Source: an uncultured Solirubrobacterales bacterium
Lineage (GTDB): Bacteria > Actinomycetota > Thermoleophilia > Solirubrobacterales > 70-9
Assembly (NCBI GenBank): GCA_963720805.1
Contig: CAVRGT010000001.1
Coordinates: forward strand, 170,187 to 234,186
Reading direction: 5' to 3'
DNA length: 64,000 bases
In this document: positions 52,583-62,675 of the stretch, piece after piece
How the letters are laid out: the number at the start of each line of letters is the position of its first letter
Position numbering within the stretch: the first letter of the stretch is position 1
The notes under the pieces: generated by a model
Told to the model about the DNA's origin: nothing
The model's database searches: none
Seen by the model: the letters and a program-made list of their open reading frames with translations, nothing else
Program-made: the position numbers and the translations under genes

Positions 52583-53677
52583 ATGGCAGACAAGAAGCTT
52601 TTGAACGATGTGTCGGCGAAGGAAGCCAAGGCAAAGGACGCGGCACTCGAGGCCGCGGTAACCCAGATCGAGCGCGATTTCGGGGCGGGCTCGCTGATGC
52701 GGCTCGGCGCCGACAGCAAGCTGCCGGTAGAAGCGATTCCGACCGGCGCCGTGGCGCTCGACCTCGCGCTCGGAATCGGCGGGGTGCCGCGGGGCAGGAT
52801 CGTCGAGATCTTCGGCCCTGAGTCCTCCGGAAAGACGACGCTGATCTACCACATCATCGCCGAGGCTCAGGCCAAGGGCGGGGTCTGCGTCTTCATCGAC
52901 ACCGAGCACGCGATGGACCCGATCTACGCCCGCGCGATCGGGGTCGACACCGACGAGCTGCTCGTCTCCCAACCCGACTACGGCGAGCAGGCGCTGCAGA
53001 TCGCCGATCGTCTGATTGCCTCCGCCGCCGTCGATGTCGTCGCGATCGACTCGGTCGCGGCGCTGACGCCGAAGGCCGAGCTGGACGGCCAGATCGGCGA
53101 CACGACCGTCGGCCTGCAGGCGCGGCTGATGTCACAGGCGATGCGCAAGCTGGCCGGCAACCTCAACCGCACCAACACGGTCTGCGTCTTCACCAACCAG
53201 ATCCGCGAAAAGGTCGGCGTGCAGTTCGGCTCGCCGGAGACCCAGCCGGGCGGCCGGGCGCTGAAGTTCTACTCCTCGCAGCGCCTCGACATCCGCCGTA
53301 TCGAGACCCTCAAGGACGGCACCGAGGCGGTCGGCAACCGGGTCCGGGTCAAAGTTGTCAAGAACAAGTGCGCGGCGCCCTTCCGTCAGGCCGAGTTCGA
53401 GATCGAGTACGGCCAGGGGATCTCGCGCGAAGGCGAGCTGCTGGACTTCGGCATCGAGCATGACATCGTTCGCAAGTCGGGGGCCTTCTTCTCCTACGGC
53501 GAGACGCGGCTCGGCCAGGGTCGCAACAACGCCAAGCAGTTCCTCGCCGAGAACCCCGAGATCGCCGGCGAGATCGAGGACAAGGTCCGCACCGCGCTCG
53601 GCATCGGCGACGAGGTCGCCGCCCCGGCCGAGGCTACGCCGGAAACGCCGCCGGTCGCCGAGGCGCAGGCTGCCTGA
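52583..53677 (+). CDS. recA: Recombinase RecA
   Basis: Walker [10 protein letters not shown] and [18 protein letters not shown]; a full-length RecA. The ATG at 52583 is preceded by GAGGTGAAAGAAG. Confidence 0.97.
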   Translation: MADKKLLNDVSAKEAKAKDAALEAAVTQIERDFGAGSLMRLGADSKLPVEAIPTGAVALDLALGIGGVPRGRIVEIFGPESSGKTTLIYHIIAEAQAKGGVCVFIDTEHAMDPIYARAIGVDTDELLVSQPDYGEQALQIADRLIASAAVDVVAIDSVAALTPKAELDGQIGDTTVGLQARLMSQAMRKLAGNLNRTNTVCVFTNQIREKVGVQFGSPETQPGGRALKFYSSQRLDIRRIETLKDGTEAVGNRVRVKVVKNKCAAPFRQAEFEIEYGQGISREGELLDFGIEHDIVRKSGAFFSYGETRLGQGRNNAKQFLAENPEIAGEIEDKVRTALGIGDEVAAPAEATPETPPVAEAQAA

Positions 53678-53712
53678 CGGCGCCTGCGCCGCGTGGATAG
53701 GATTCCCGCCGC

Positions 53713-54333
53713 ATGAGCAACGAAACCCTGTTCTTCGTCTGCGGGATCGCGCTGGCGGTCTCCGCGGTGGTGGTCAGCTTCATTGGCCTGCGGGTCAAGA
53801 GCTTCCCCGGTAAAGCCGGGCCGTTCGTCGCGCTCGGATTCGCGGTCTTGATCGGCGCCACGACGACCTTCGCCGTGCTCCACGCCAAGGACGAGGACAA
53901 GGCCAAGGCCGCTGAGCTCTCCAAGGCGAACGAAGAGGTCGAAAAAGAGGAGTCCTCGCCGGTGGAAGAGAAAGCCGCGCCGGGACCAGGCCCCAAAGAC
54001 GAAAACCGGGTAGCGCCGACGCCAAAGCCCGAGGCGGGCGCCAAGGGACCGGGAGGGACTCTTAGCCTCGTCGCCTCGCCGGAAGCGCTTGCCTTCGACA
54101 CGACGCACCTGAGCAGCAAGCCGGGCAAAGTCACGATCGACTTCAACAATCCGTCGGCGCTCGAACACAACGTGGCGATCGAGCAGGACGGAAAGCAGAT
54201 AGCCGTCTCCGAAACCCTCGCCGAAGGCAAAACCTCGGTCAGCGCCGATCTCGCTCCCGGCACCTACACCTACCTCTGCACGATCCCAGGGCATGCGGAA
54301 GCAGGCATGGAAGGCGTACTGACGGTTCGGTAG
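53713..54333 (+). CDS. Membrane-anchored cupredoxin (type-1 blue copper protein, plastocyanin/azurin-like)
   Basis: N-terminal TM helix, an acidic/Pro linker, and Cu ligands H...C..H....M (EHNVAI ... YLCTIPGHAEAGMEG). Confidence 0.8.
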   Translation: MSNETLFFVCGIALAVSAVVVSFIGLRVKSFPGKAGPFVALGFAVLIGATTTFAVLHAKDEDKAKAAELSKANEEVEKEESSPVEEKAAPGPGPKDENRVAPTPKPEAGAKGPGGTLSLVASPEALAFDTTHLSSKPGKVTIDFNNPSALEHNVAIEQDGKQIAVSETLAEGKTSVSADLAPGTYTYLCTIPGHAEAGMEGVLTVR

Positions 54334-54336
54334 GCG

Positions 54337-54405
54337 GTGCATTTCGGCGTCCTCGGTCGCTCACGTGCGGAGCACGCTTCGCTCCCTGCGTCCTTGAACT
54401 GCTTG
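54337..54405 (+). repeat. ~70-nt repeated 5' element, copy b (upstream of miaB)
   Basis: GGTGCATTTCGGCGTCCTCGGTCGCTCACGTGCGGAGCACGCTTCGCTCCCTGCGTCC..CTGCTTG aligns with 25682-25753. Confidence 0.75.
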
Positions 54406-54434
54406 CCTACCGCACCGTCAGTACCCTGACTGGC

Positions 54435-55757
54435 GTGGCAAAGCGCTATCACGTAACAACCTTCGGCTGTCAGATGAACGTGCACGATTCCGAGCGCATG
54501 CAGGGGATGCTCGAGTCGCTGGGCTATGAGGAGGCCGAGGGTCCCGACGACGCCGATCTGATCCTCTTCAACACCTGCTCGATTCGGGAGTCGGCGGACA
54601 ACCGGTTCATCGCTCGTCTCGGCGAGGCGAAGCGGCTCAAGAACGAGAACCCCGACCGGATCGTCGGCGTGGGGGGCTGCTGGGCGCAGTCGGTCAAGGA
54701 CGAGGTCTTCCAGCGCTTTCCCTTCGTCGACGTCGCCTTCGGGCCGGGCCAGATCCACAAGCTGGCCGAGTTCCTCAACTCCGACTCGCTCAGCGCTCAG
54801 GGCTACTTCGAGTTCGAGGACTTCTCCGGGCACCTGCCGACCCGACGCCTGCGCGAGTTCCAGGGCTGGCTGCAGGTCTCCCAGGGCTGCAACTGCAACT
54901 GCGCCTATTGCATCGTTCCCTCGACCCGGGGGCGTGAGGTAAGCCGCGACCCGGCCGAGCTCGTCGCCGAGGCCCAAGCGTTGGCCGCCGACGGCGTCAG
55001 CGAGGTGACGCTGCTCGGCCAGAACGTCAACAGCTACGGCCGCGACCTGCCAAAGGACAGCCGGATTGGCTTCGCCGAGCTGCTCGGGCTTGTCGATGAG
55101 ATCGACGGGATCGAGCGCATCCGCTACACCAGCCCGCACCCCAAGGACATGAAGGAGGACGTAATCCGCGCTCACGCGGACCTCTCCTCGGTCTGCGAGC
55201 ACATCCACCTGCCACTGCAGTCGGGCTCGAGCGCGATCCTCAAGCGGATGCGGCGCACCTACGATCGCCGGCGCTACATGGATCGTGTCTCGCTGATCCG
55301 CGAGCACGTTCCAGACTGCGCGATCACCACCGACATCATCGTCGGCTTCCCGGGCGAGACCGAGGAAGATTTCGCCCAGACGCTGGAAGTGGTCGACGAG
55401 GTCGGCTACGACAGCGCCTTCACCTTTATCTTCTCGCCGCGGCGGGAGACCGAGGCAGCCGAGTTCGGCGACCAGATTCCCCACCCGGTCAAGGTCGAGC
55501 GGATGGAGCGGCTGGTCGAGCTGGTGCAGCGGCGGGCGACCGAACGGGCTCAGCGGTTCGTCGGGCGGGAGGTAGAGGTCTTGGTCGAAGGCACCAGTCG
55601 CACCGACGAGACCCGGCTGCGCGGCCGCAGCAGGCACAACAAGGCGGTCAACTTCGAGGGCACCGCAGGCCCCGGCGAGTTGGTCGAGGTCGAGATCACC
55701 GCCGCAACCTCTCAGACCCTTACCGGGGCCGAGAGGTTGCTCAGCCGCGCGCTCTGA
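54435..55757 (+). CDS. miaB: tRNA-i6A37 methylthiotransferase MiaB (radical SAM)
   Basis: UPF0004 N-domain (TFGCQMN), the radical-SAM CxxxCxxC motif (GCNCNCAYC) and a TRAM domain. Confidence 0.93.
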   Translation: MAKRYHVTTFGCQMNVHDSERMQGMLESLGYEEAEGPDDADLILFNTCSIRESADNRFIARLGEAKRLKNENPDRIVGVGGCWAQSVKDEVFQRFPFVDVAFGPGQIHKLAEFLNSDSLSAQGYFEFEDFSGHLPTRRLREFQGWLQVSQGCNCNCAYCIVPSTRGREVSRDPAELVAEAQALAADGVSEVTLLGQNVNSYGRDLPKDSRIGFAELLGLVDEIDGIERIRYTSPHPKDMKEDVIRAHADLSSVCEHIHLPLQSGSSAILKRMRRTYDRRRYMDRVSLIREHVPDCAITTDIIVGFPGETEEDFAQTLEVVDEVGYDSAFTFIFSPRRETEAAEFGDQIPHPVKVERMERLVELVQRRATERAQRFVGREVEVLVEGTSRTDETRLRGRSRHNKAVNFEGTAGPGELVEVEITAATSQTLTGAERLLSRAL

Positions 55758-55759
55758 CG

Positions 55760-56488
55760 GTGCACGTGATCGCAATCTTCGGTCCCACCGGTGTGGGGAA
55801 GACCGGCGTCGCGATCGAGCTCGCTGAGTTGCTGCGGGCGCGGGAGGAGGATCCCGTGGCGATCTCCTGCGATGCGCTGCAGGTCTACGAAGGTCTCTCG
55901 GTCCTGACCGGCGTGGCCTCCGCCGAGGAGCAGGCTCGCCTCGAGCACAGGCTTGTCGGGTTCGTGCCGGTGACCGAGCGGTTCAACGTCGGCGATTACA
56001 TGCCGCTCGCGCACGCCGAGATAGATCGGGCACTGGAGGCCGGCCGGCGGCCGATTGTCGTCGGCGGGACCGGCCTCTACCTGCGAGCAGCGCTGGGCGA
56101 GCTTTCCCTCGTCAAGGCGCCGGCGGAATCGAAGGACTCGGAGCTGTGGTCGCCCGAGACGCGGCATCCGACGGCGATCTTTGGGCTCGATATGGAGCGC
56201 GAGCAGCTCTACGAGCGGATCGACGCGCGGACGGAGGCGATCGTTGCGGGCGGGGCGCGCGCGGAGGTCGAAAGGGCGGAGGCGGCAGGGCCGTCGCGGA
56301 CCGCGCGCAAGGCACTCGGCTTCGACGAGGTGCTCAGCGGCGACCTGGCGCGGATGCAGCAGCGCTCGCGCAACTACGCCCGCCGTCAGTTGACCTGGAT
56401 GCGCAAGGTTCCCAACCTCCGCTGGATCGACCGCGCCGAGCGCACCGACGCGGAGGTGGCCGCCGAGATCGCCACCCACCTGCGCTGA
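55760..56488 (+). CDS. miaA: tRNA dimethylallyltransferase MiaA (compact, 242 aa)
   Basis: P-loop GPTGVGKT, VGGTGLY and RNYARRQLTWMR motifs. Confidence 0.88.
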   Translation: MHVIAIFGPTGVGKTGVAIELAELLRAREEDPVAISCDALQVYEGLSVLTGVASAEEQARLEHRLVGFVPVTERFNVGDYMPLAHAEIDRALEAGRRPIVVGGTGLYLRAALGELSLVKAPAESKDSELWSPETRHPTAIFGLDMEREQLYERIDARTEAIVAGGARAEVERAEAAGPSRTARKALGFDEVLSGDLARMQQRSRNYARRQLTWMRKVPNLRWIDRAERTDAEVAAEIATHLR

Positions 56489-56532
56489 CTTCCTCTTTAT
56501 GCATGCCATTGCGCCCAAAAGGGGGAAGTCAG
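56485..56532. repeat. Hairpin repeat (CTGACTTCC-armed) that supplies the miaA stop codon
   Basis: CTGACTTCCTCTTT-ATGCATGCCATTGCGCCC-AAAAGGGGGAAGTCAG. The miaA TGA (56486-56488) lies in the left arm. Flanked by CG..CG, giving CGCTGACT / AGTCAGCG. Confidence 0.8.
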
Positions 56533-56563
56533 CGACGGGGGAATGGGTGAATAGGCTTGCCCG

Positions 56564-57410
56564 ATGAGATTTGAGAAGTGGCAGGCGCTGGGGAACGACT
56601 ACTTGATCGTCGAGGCGGAGGGGCTTCCGTGGGAGTTGACGCAGGGGCGTGTCCGGCTGCTCTGCGATCCGCATTTCGGGGTCGGATCGGACGGCGTGCT
56701 GCTGCTCTCGCGCAGCGAGGACCCGGCATACGTTGCCTCGCTGCGGATCTTCAACCCCGACGGCTCCGAGGCCGAGCTCTCCGGCAACGGCGCGCGGGAG
56801 GCGATTCTCTACCTGCGCCGGCACGGCTGGACAGCGGCGGACACCTTCTCGATCCTCACCGCCGCCGGGCCGGTGACGCCAACTATTACTTCGGAGCGCA
56901 TCTGCTCGGTGGCGATGGGGCGCGCAAGCACGGCGTCAAAGGATTTTCCATCGGGGCCGGGTGACGGTCGCGGATTAATCGAGGTCGCCGGTCGCGAGAT
57001 GGGCTTTCCAGCACGTCTCGATCGGCAACCCGCAGTGCGCGATCGTGGTCGGCGGGGAGCTGGAGAGCCTCGATCTGGGCGCGATCGGTCCCGGGATCGA
57101 AGGCCACGACCTCTTCCCCAACCGCACCAACGTCTCCTTCCTGCGTATCGACGGCAGCCAGGTCAGGGCGCGGATTTTTGAGCGCGGCGTGGGGGAGACG
57201 CTCTCCTCGGGGACAGGGGCCAGTGGCGCGGCGGTTACGGCCTTTCTCGACGGCGCCCCGAGCCCGATCACGGTTGAGCTCGACGGTGGTGAGCTGGTGG
57301 TCGAGATCTCCGATCAGCTCGACGTCACCCTGAGCGGCTGGGCCGAGCAGATCTGCGCCGGAGAGCTCTCGGGCGAGCTGCTGAGTGCACTTGCCGAGCT
57401 GGACGGCTAG
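56564..57410 (+). CDS. dapF: Diaminopimelate-epimerase-family protein; one apparent 1-nt insertion; both catalytic Cys positions are Ser
   Basis: KWQALGNDYLIV, FNPDGSEAELSGNGARE and, after a frame change at ~56999 (GAG-A-TGG), FQHVSIGNPQCAIVV...FERGVGETLSSGTGASGAAV. Confidence 0.8.
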
Positions 57411-57459
57411 ATTTCCGCGCCGATGGCGAATCTCGGACCCGTCCAAGCGGCTGGAGGCG

Positions 57460-58594
57460 ATGCCTCCCTACAAGTTCGAGGAACTGGAGCGAACGATCGC
57501 CGACAAGCGCGCCGCCGGCATCGACGTGATCAGCCTCGGTATCGGCGACCCCGACGAACCGACCTATCCGCACGTCGTAGAGGCGATGCAGGAGGCGGTG
57601 GCCGAGCCCGGCAACCAGCAGTACCCGAGCAACCGCGGCCGGGCCGAGTTCCGCCAGGCATTCGCCGAGTTCTACGACCGCCGCTTCGGGGTCGAGATCG
57701 ACCCGGAAACCGAGGTGATCCCGGCGATCGGCGCCAAGGAGTGCATCTACAACCTCTGCTTCGCCTTCCTCGACCCGGGCGACGTCGCGCTCGCCTCCGA
57801 CCCCGGCTACCCGGTCTACACCGGCGGTCCGATTCTCGCCGGGGCGAATGCCGAGCTGCTGCCGCTGGTCCCCGAGCTGGGCTTCGCGCCCGACCTCGCC
57901 GCAATCCCCGCCGACGTCGCCGCCAAGGCCAGGCTGATGTTCATCAACTACCCCAACAACCCGACCGGCGCCGTCGTTCCCGAGGGCTTCTTCGATCGCG
58001 TCGTCTAGTTCGCCCGCGAGCACGAGATCCTCGTCGTCCACGACAACGCCTACTCGGAGACGACCTACGACGGTTACGTCGCGCCCAGCTTCCTCGCCAC
58101 GCCCGGCGCCAAGGAGGTCGGAGTCGAGGTCTTCTCGCTCTCCAAGGGCTTCAACATGACCGGCTGGCGCTGCGCCGCGATCCTCGGCAACGCCGAGGCC
58201 GTCGCAGACCTACTGGCGGCTGAAGACCAACGTCGACTCCGGCCTCTTCGAGGCGGTGCAGATGGCCGGCGTCGCCGCGCTGCAGGGCCCCAGCGGACCG
58301 CTGCAGCGGATGAACGAGACCTACACCCGCCGCCGCGACCTCGTCGTCGGCGCCCTGCGCGAGATCGGCGTCGAGGTCAGCGCGCCGAAGGGCACGATCT
58401 ACGTCTGGGCCCCGGTCCCCGAGGGCCACACCTCGACCTCCTTCGCCGAGCTGGTACTCGAAGAGGCCGCCGTGGTCGTCTCGCCGGGCTCGATGTACGG
58501 GCCCAGCGGCGAGGGCTTCTTCCGCATCTCGCTGACCACGCCCGACGAGCGCATCACCGAGGCGGTCGAGCGGATGCGCAAGTACCTGGCCTGA
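57460..58594 (+). pseudogene. dapL: LL-diaminopimelate aminotransferase (DapL-type, class I aminotransferase) with an in-frame TAG and one frameshift
   Basis: MPPYKFEELERTIADKRAAGIDVISLGIGDPDEPT... and [12 protein letters not shown] (PLP Lys). TAG at 58006-58008 where homologues have a sense codon ([18 protein letters not shown]). The frame changes near 58195-58205 (..GNAEAV / [18 protein letters not shown]..). Confidence 0.8.
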
Positions 58595-58604
58595 TCAGGA
58601 ATGG

Positions 58605-58721
58605 TCTTCCCGGACGGGAAGAAGTTGTGCCAATTCCCAACCAAAACGGCCGAATCATCCCGCCCGGGAAGATCTAGCCGGTTCTAGCCTTGATCTGGCT
58701 AGTATCTTCCCGAGCGGGATG
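58605..58721. promoter_or_regulatory. Three palindromic operator-like sites upstream of hipB
   Basis: TCTTCCCG-GA-CGGGAAGA (58605-58622), CATCCCG-CC-CGGGAAGAT (58656-58673) and TATCTTCCCG-AG-CGGGATG (58703-58721). The last overlaps the hipB ATG. Confidence 0.6.
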
Positions 58722-58940
58722 CCCAATTACGACCGAGTTCAAAGCCCTGAGGACCTTGGAGCGCGGATACGCATGCGCCGGACCGATCTGCGCCTAACGC
58801 AGGAGGAGGTCGCCGGCGTCGCCATGGTCACCCCACGCCTGCTGGGGGAAGTCGAGAGGGGTAAGCAAACGACCCAGCTGAACGGGCTCCTGCGGATCCT
58901 TTCCGCCTTGGGCCTCGACCTCTTTGTGCGAGCGCGATGA
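58719..58940 (+). CDS. hipB: XRE-family HTH antitoxin (HipB-like)
   Basis: 73 aa with LGARIRMRRTDLRLTQEEVAGVAMVTPRLLGEVERGK. ATGA overlap with the hipA N-terminal ORF. Confidence 0.85.
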   Translation: MPNYDRVQSPEDLGARIRMRRTDLRLTQEEVAGVAMVTPRLLGEVERGKQTTQLNGLLRILSALGLDLFVRAR

Positions 58941-60194
58941 GCGCCCTCGATGTCTATTTTCACTCCGATCTGGTCGGCAGACTGGAGCGGCACGACCAGG
59001 CCCGGCTCGAGTTCGCCTACGAGCCCTCATGGGCGAAGCAGGGCGAAGTGCCGCTCTCGTTCAGTCTGCCGCTCAGAAGCGAGCCCTTCGGCGACGCTGA
59101 GTGCCGGCCGTTCTTCGCCGGGTTGTTGCCCGAGGGCGAGTTCCTCAAATCGATCGCGCGGGCATTCCAAGTCTCGGCCGACAATCCTTTTAGCGTCCTC
59201 AGCGAAATTGGAGGGGAGTGCGCCGGCGCGGTGTCGCTGGCGTCGCCTGGTCAGGAACCCCCGTTCGCCGAGCCGACATCTCCCACCTGGCTCGAGGAAG
59301 AGGAGATGGGCAGGCTGCTGGCCAAACTCCCGAGCCGCCCGCTGCTGATCGGTCTGGACGGGGAGGACGAGGGCGTCCGACTCTCCCTCGCCGGCGCGCA
59401 GGACAAGCTGCCCGTCCTCGTCAACGAAGTACAAAGCTCGGCATCACACGGTGTCATCCGTCCGAGCACACACAGAGTCAAAACCCCTATCCCGGATGTC
59501 GAAGGAATGGTCGCCAACGAGGCCTACTGCATGGCCCTCGCAGCTGAAGTCCGGTCTGACCGTTGCCGAGGCGACGCCAATACGCTGTCGGTGCTCAGGT
59601 AGGCGCTTCTGGTCACGCGCTACGACCGCATCGCAACTGATGATGGAGTCCGTCCGCGCCTCCACCAGGAGGACTTCTGTCAGGCCCTCGGTTGCCCGCC
59701 GGCCGCAGAAGTACCAAGGGCCGAAGGTGGGCCGGGTGTGGCAGGCCGTGGGGCGCTGCTGCGCAATCGGGTCGGCGGCTCCGGCGGTCCAACTCCTTGC
59801 CTTCCTCGATGCCCTGATCTTCAACCTTGCCATCGGCAACGCCGACGCACACGCAAAGAACTTCTCAATGCTTTTGGAGGGTGAGCAGAATTCGCCCCGT
59901 ATCGCACCGCTCTACGAATTCGCCGTCAACCCGGCGTTTACGGCCCATGTTTTTTGGGCGCAAGATGGCGATGAAGTATGGTGGCGAGTACCGGTTCGAC
60001 CGGATCCGCCGTCGCCATATGGAGAGACTGGCGGCAGAGCTTGGGATCTCAGACGTCAATTGTTCTCGCCCGCATCAGCGACCTTTGCCACGACCTCCGG
60101 CGCACATCCCGGGAAGCTCGCAACCGCCTGCCCGACGCCTGGCGGGGACGTTTTCAATACCTTGACAGCATCGAAGAGGTTGTTCGTGGGATGA
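58937..60194 (+). pseudogene. hipA: HipA-family serine/threonine kinase toxin, multiply frameshifted
   Basis: HipA motifs are spread over all three + frames: N-domain ...SLAGAQDKLPV...PSTHRVK; GLTVAEATP; ALLVTRYDRIATDDGVRPRLHQEDFCQALG; KYQ; LLAFLDALIFNLAIGNADAHAKNFSML...RIAPLYE; KMAMKYGGEYRFDRIRRRHMERLAAELGIS. At least five or six frame changes are needed. Confidence 0.85.
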
Positions 60195-60235
60195 TGGACG
60201 AACTCTTGGTGTGTTGTCGCCGAACCTGCCTGAGC

Positions 60236-61086
60236 TCACTTCAGCTTTGCGCTCGGCGCGCTTCCTGCCAGCACCGGTTGAGGCCCCGCCACTGGTATTG
60301 GGGCGGGGGACTGTACTGGATCAGCTCCTCTTTGGCCTCCGGGGGCATCAGCGGCATTCTTGGCGACGCGCTCACGGTGGCGGCGCTCGTAGTCATCCTC
60401 CGACAGCTCGCGGGCCAGGTCGGCCTCCTGGCGCAGGCGCCGGCTGGACTTCCTCCAGGCGCTCGATCGGCTTCCTCGATCGCGCCGAAGTGGGTGAGGG
60501 CGAGGCGCTCGGGGCGCCAGTGACTCGACCAGGGGGCGATCGAGTCGAGCCAGATCTCGACGTCGATGTCTGGGGGCGGGGAACTCGGCATGCCCGAACT
60601 CGACGCCAGGGATGCGGAACCGCGGCGACGTCGCCGACGAAGGCGGTGCCACTCTCCTCATGGAAGTAGCTGACGTGGTGGGAGGCGTGGCCCGGGGTAT
60701 AGGCGACCCGCATGCCGAGTACATCCTCGCCGCCCGCCAGCGGCTTCAACGTCGGCCTCGGGCACAGGCACGATCTCACCCCTAAGCTCCTCCATCCGAT
60801 CACCGTAGAGCCGCTCGGCGCTGGCCAGCAGCTTTGAGGGGTCAACCAGGTGCCGCGCTCCGCGCTCGTGCACGTAGACCTCCAGATCGGGCCAGCGCCG
60901 CACCAGGGCGCCGGTCGCAGCGGCGTGGTCGAGATGAATGTGAGTGAGCAGCAGTGCTCGCGGCTGCTCACCGTCGAGAGCCGCCAACAGCGTCTCCATC
61001 GTAGACTCCGCCTGCTCGGCGCTGAGCGGGGTGGCGATGTCCTCCAGGGACTTCCGCTCGGCCTTGACGCCGAGCGCCAGCTCCAC
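60236..61086 (-). pseudogene. MBL-fold metallo-hydrolase remnant, multiply frameshifted and apparently 5'-truncated
   Basis: Fragments lie in different minus frames: ALLLTHIHLDHAAATGALV...VYVHERGARHLVDPSKLL; LKPLAGGEDVLGMRVAYTPGHASHHVSYFHEESGTAFVGDVA; PPPDIDVEIWLDSIAPW...RLALTHFG; MPPEAKEELIQYSPPPQYQWRGLNR. Confidence 0.75.
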
Positions 61087-61101
61087 CAGACCGCCAGATC
61101 A

Positions 61102-62463
61102 TCATGATCGGCGCCGATCACGAAGCGCGAGCACGGTGTCGCCGACCTTGCCGCTGCCGACCAGCTTGGCGAAGAGCAGCGGGCCGGTGATGCCACCGGC
61201 CGCGGTGCCGATCGCGTAGAAGAACGCGATCGCCATCGCCCGGGTCTCCATCGGGAAGATCTCGCTGACCGTCAGGTACGCCGCGCTGGCGCCGGCCGAG
61301 GCGAAGAAGAGGACCACGCACCAGCACGCGGTCATGCGTGGTCGCGTTGAGTGCGCCGGCGTCGAACAGCCAGGCGGTGCCGAGCAGCAGCACGCCGGAG
61401 ACGATGTACGTGCCGGCGATCATCGAGCCGGCGGCCGACCGTGTCGAAGAGCCGGCCCAGCAGCAGCGGGCCGAGCAGGTTGCCGACCGCGATGACCGCG
61501 AAGTAGTAGCCGGTGTTGCCGGACGGCACCTCGAAGAACGTCTGCAGGATCTGGGCGAAGCCGAAGGTGATCGCGTTGTAGAGGAACGCCTGGCCGATGA
61601 AGAGCGAGAAGCCCGAGCGTCGCGCGCTTCGGGTAGCGCGTGAACAGCGTCTTCGCGATCGTGCACGAAGCCGATGGTCTTGCGCTGCTGGATCTCGATC
61701 GTCGCTGTCGACCTCGGCGAGGTCCTTGCCGGTCTCCCGGTCGACCTGCCTGCTCGACGACGTCGACGAGCTGCTCCGCCTCGTCGCCCGGCCGTGGATG
61801 AACAGCCAGCGCGGGCTCTCCGGCACGTGCCGCCGGACCAGCAGGATCACCAGGCCGAGCACGACGCCCAGGCCGAACGCGACCCGCCAGCCGAGGTTGG
61901 CCGGCAGGCCGTTGAGCAGCGGCACGGTCAGCAGCGCGCCGATCGCCGCGCCGAGCCAGAAGCGTGCCGTTGATGATGATGTCGATCCGGCCGCGGTGCT
62001 TGCGCCGGGATCAGCTCGTCGATGGCCGAGTTGATCGCCGCGTACTCGCCGCCGATGCCGATGCCGGTGAGGAACCGGAACAGGAAGAACCACCAGGCGT
62101 CGAAGGAGAGCGCGGTCATCGCGGTGGCCGACCAGGTAGACGGCCGAGGGTGATCATGAACAGCTTCTTGCGGCCGAACCGGTCGGTCGAGCCAGCCGAA
62201 GAACAGCGCGCCGATGCAGGCGCCGGCCACGTAGAGCGCGGCGGCCAGGCCGGTGACCTGGCTCTGCGTGATGTCGAGGCCGCTGCCCGGCTCGGCCAGC
62301 TGGCCGGACGAGGTTGCCGACGATCGTGACCTCGAGGCCGTCGAGGATCCAGACCGTGCCGAGGCCGATCACGATCATCCAGTGCCAGCGGCGACCACGG
62401 CAGCCGGTCGAGCCGGGCGGGGACGTTGGTCCGTACTGTGCCGGTCTGCACGTCGGCGCTCAT
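61102..62463 (-). pseudogene. MFS transporter (metabolite/sugar:H+ symporter-like), multiply frameshifted
   Basis: Start [24 protein letters not shown] (ATG at 62463). [69 protein letters not shown] and FFASAGASAAYLTVSEIFPMETRAMAIAFFYAIGTAAGG are found in alternating frames. Confidence 0.8.
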
Positions 62464-62642
62464 GACGCGCTCCGGATGGTGGGGGAGGTGGGGGCGCGGA
62501 GAAGCGCCTCCGGCGAGAGCTGTTCGTCCATGGCGGCCCAGATGCCCCGCCGCCAGAGGCGTCAATCCTGCTCGGGGGTTTCCGGCTGGGCGTCGGCTGG
62601 ATGCGGGGTGGGAGCCGGGTGGGAGCCGGCTGAAGGCCGGAC

Positions 62643-62670
62643 GGGGGCCGGACCGGACGGTCCGGCCCCC
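62643..62670 (-). terminator. GC-rich stem-loop just downstream of the MMPL stop (terminator-like, no U-tract)
   Basis: GGGGGCCGGACC-GGAC-GGTCCGGCCCCC, a perfect 12-bp stem 6 nt from the stop at 62676. Confidence 0.45.
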
Positions 62671-62675
62671 ACGGG

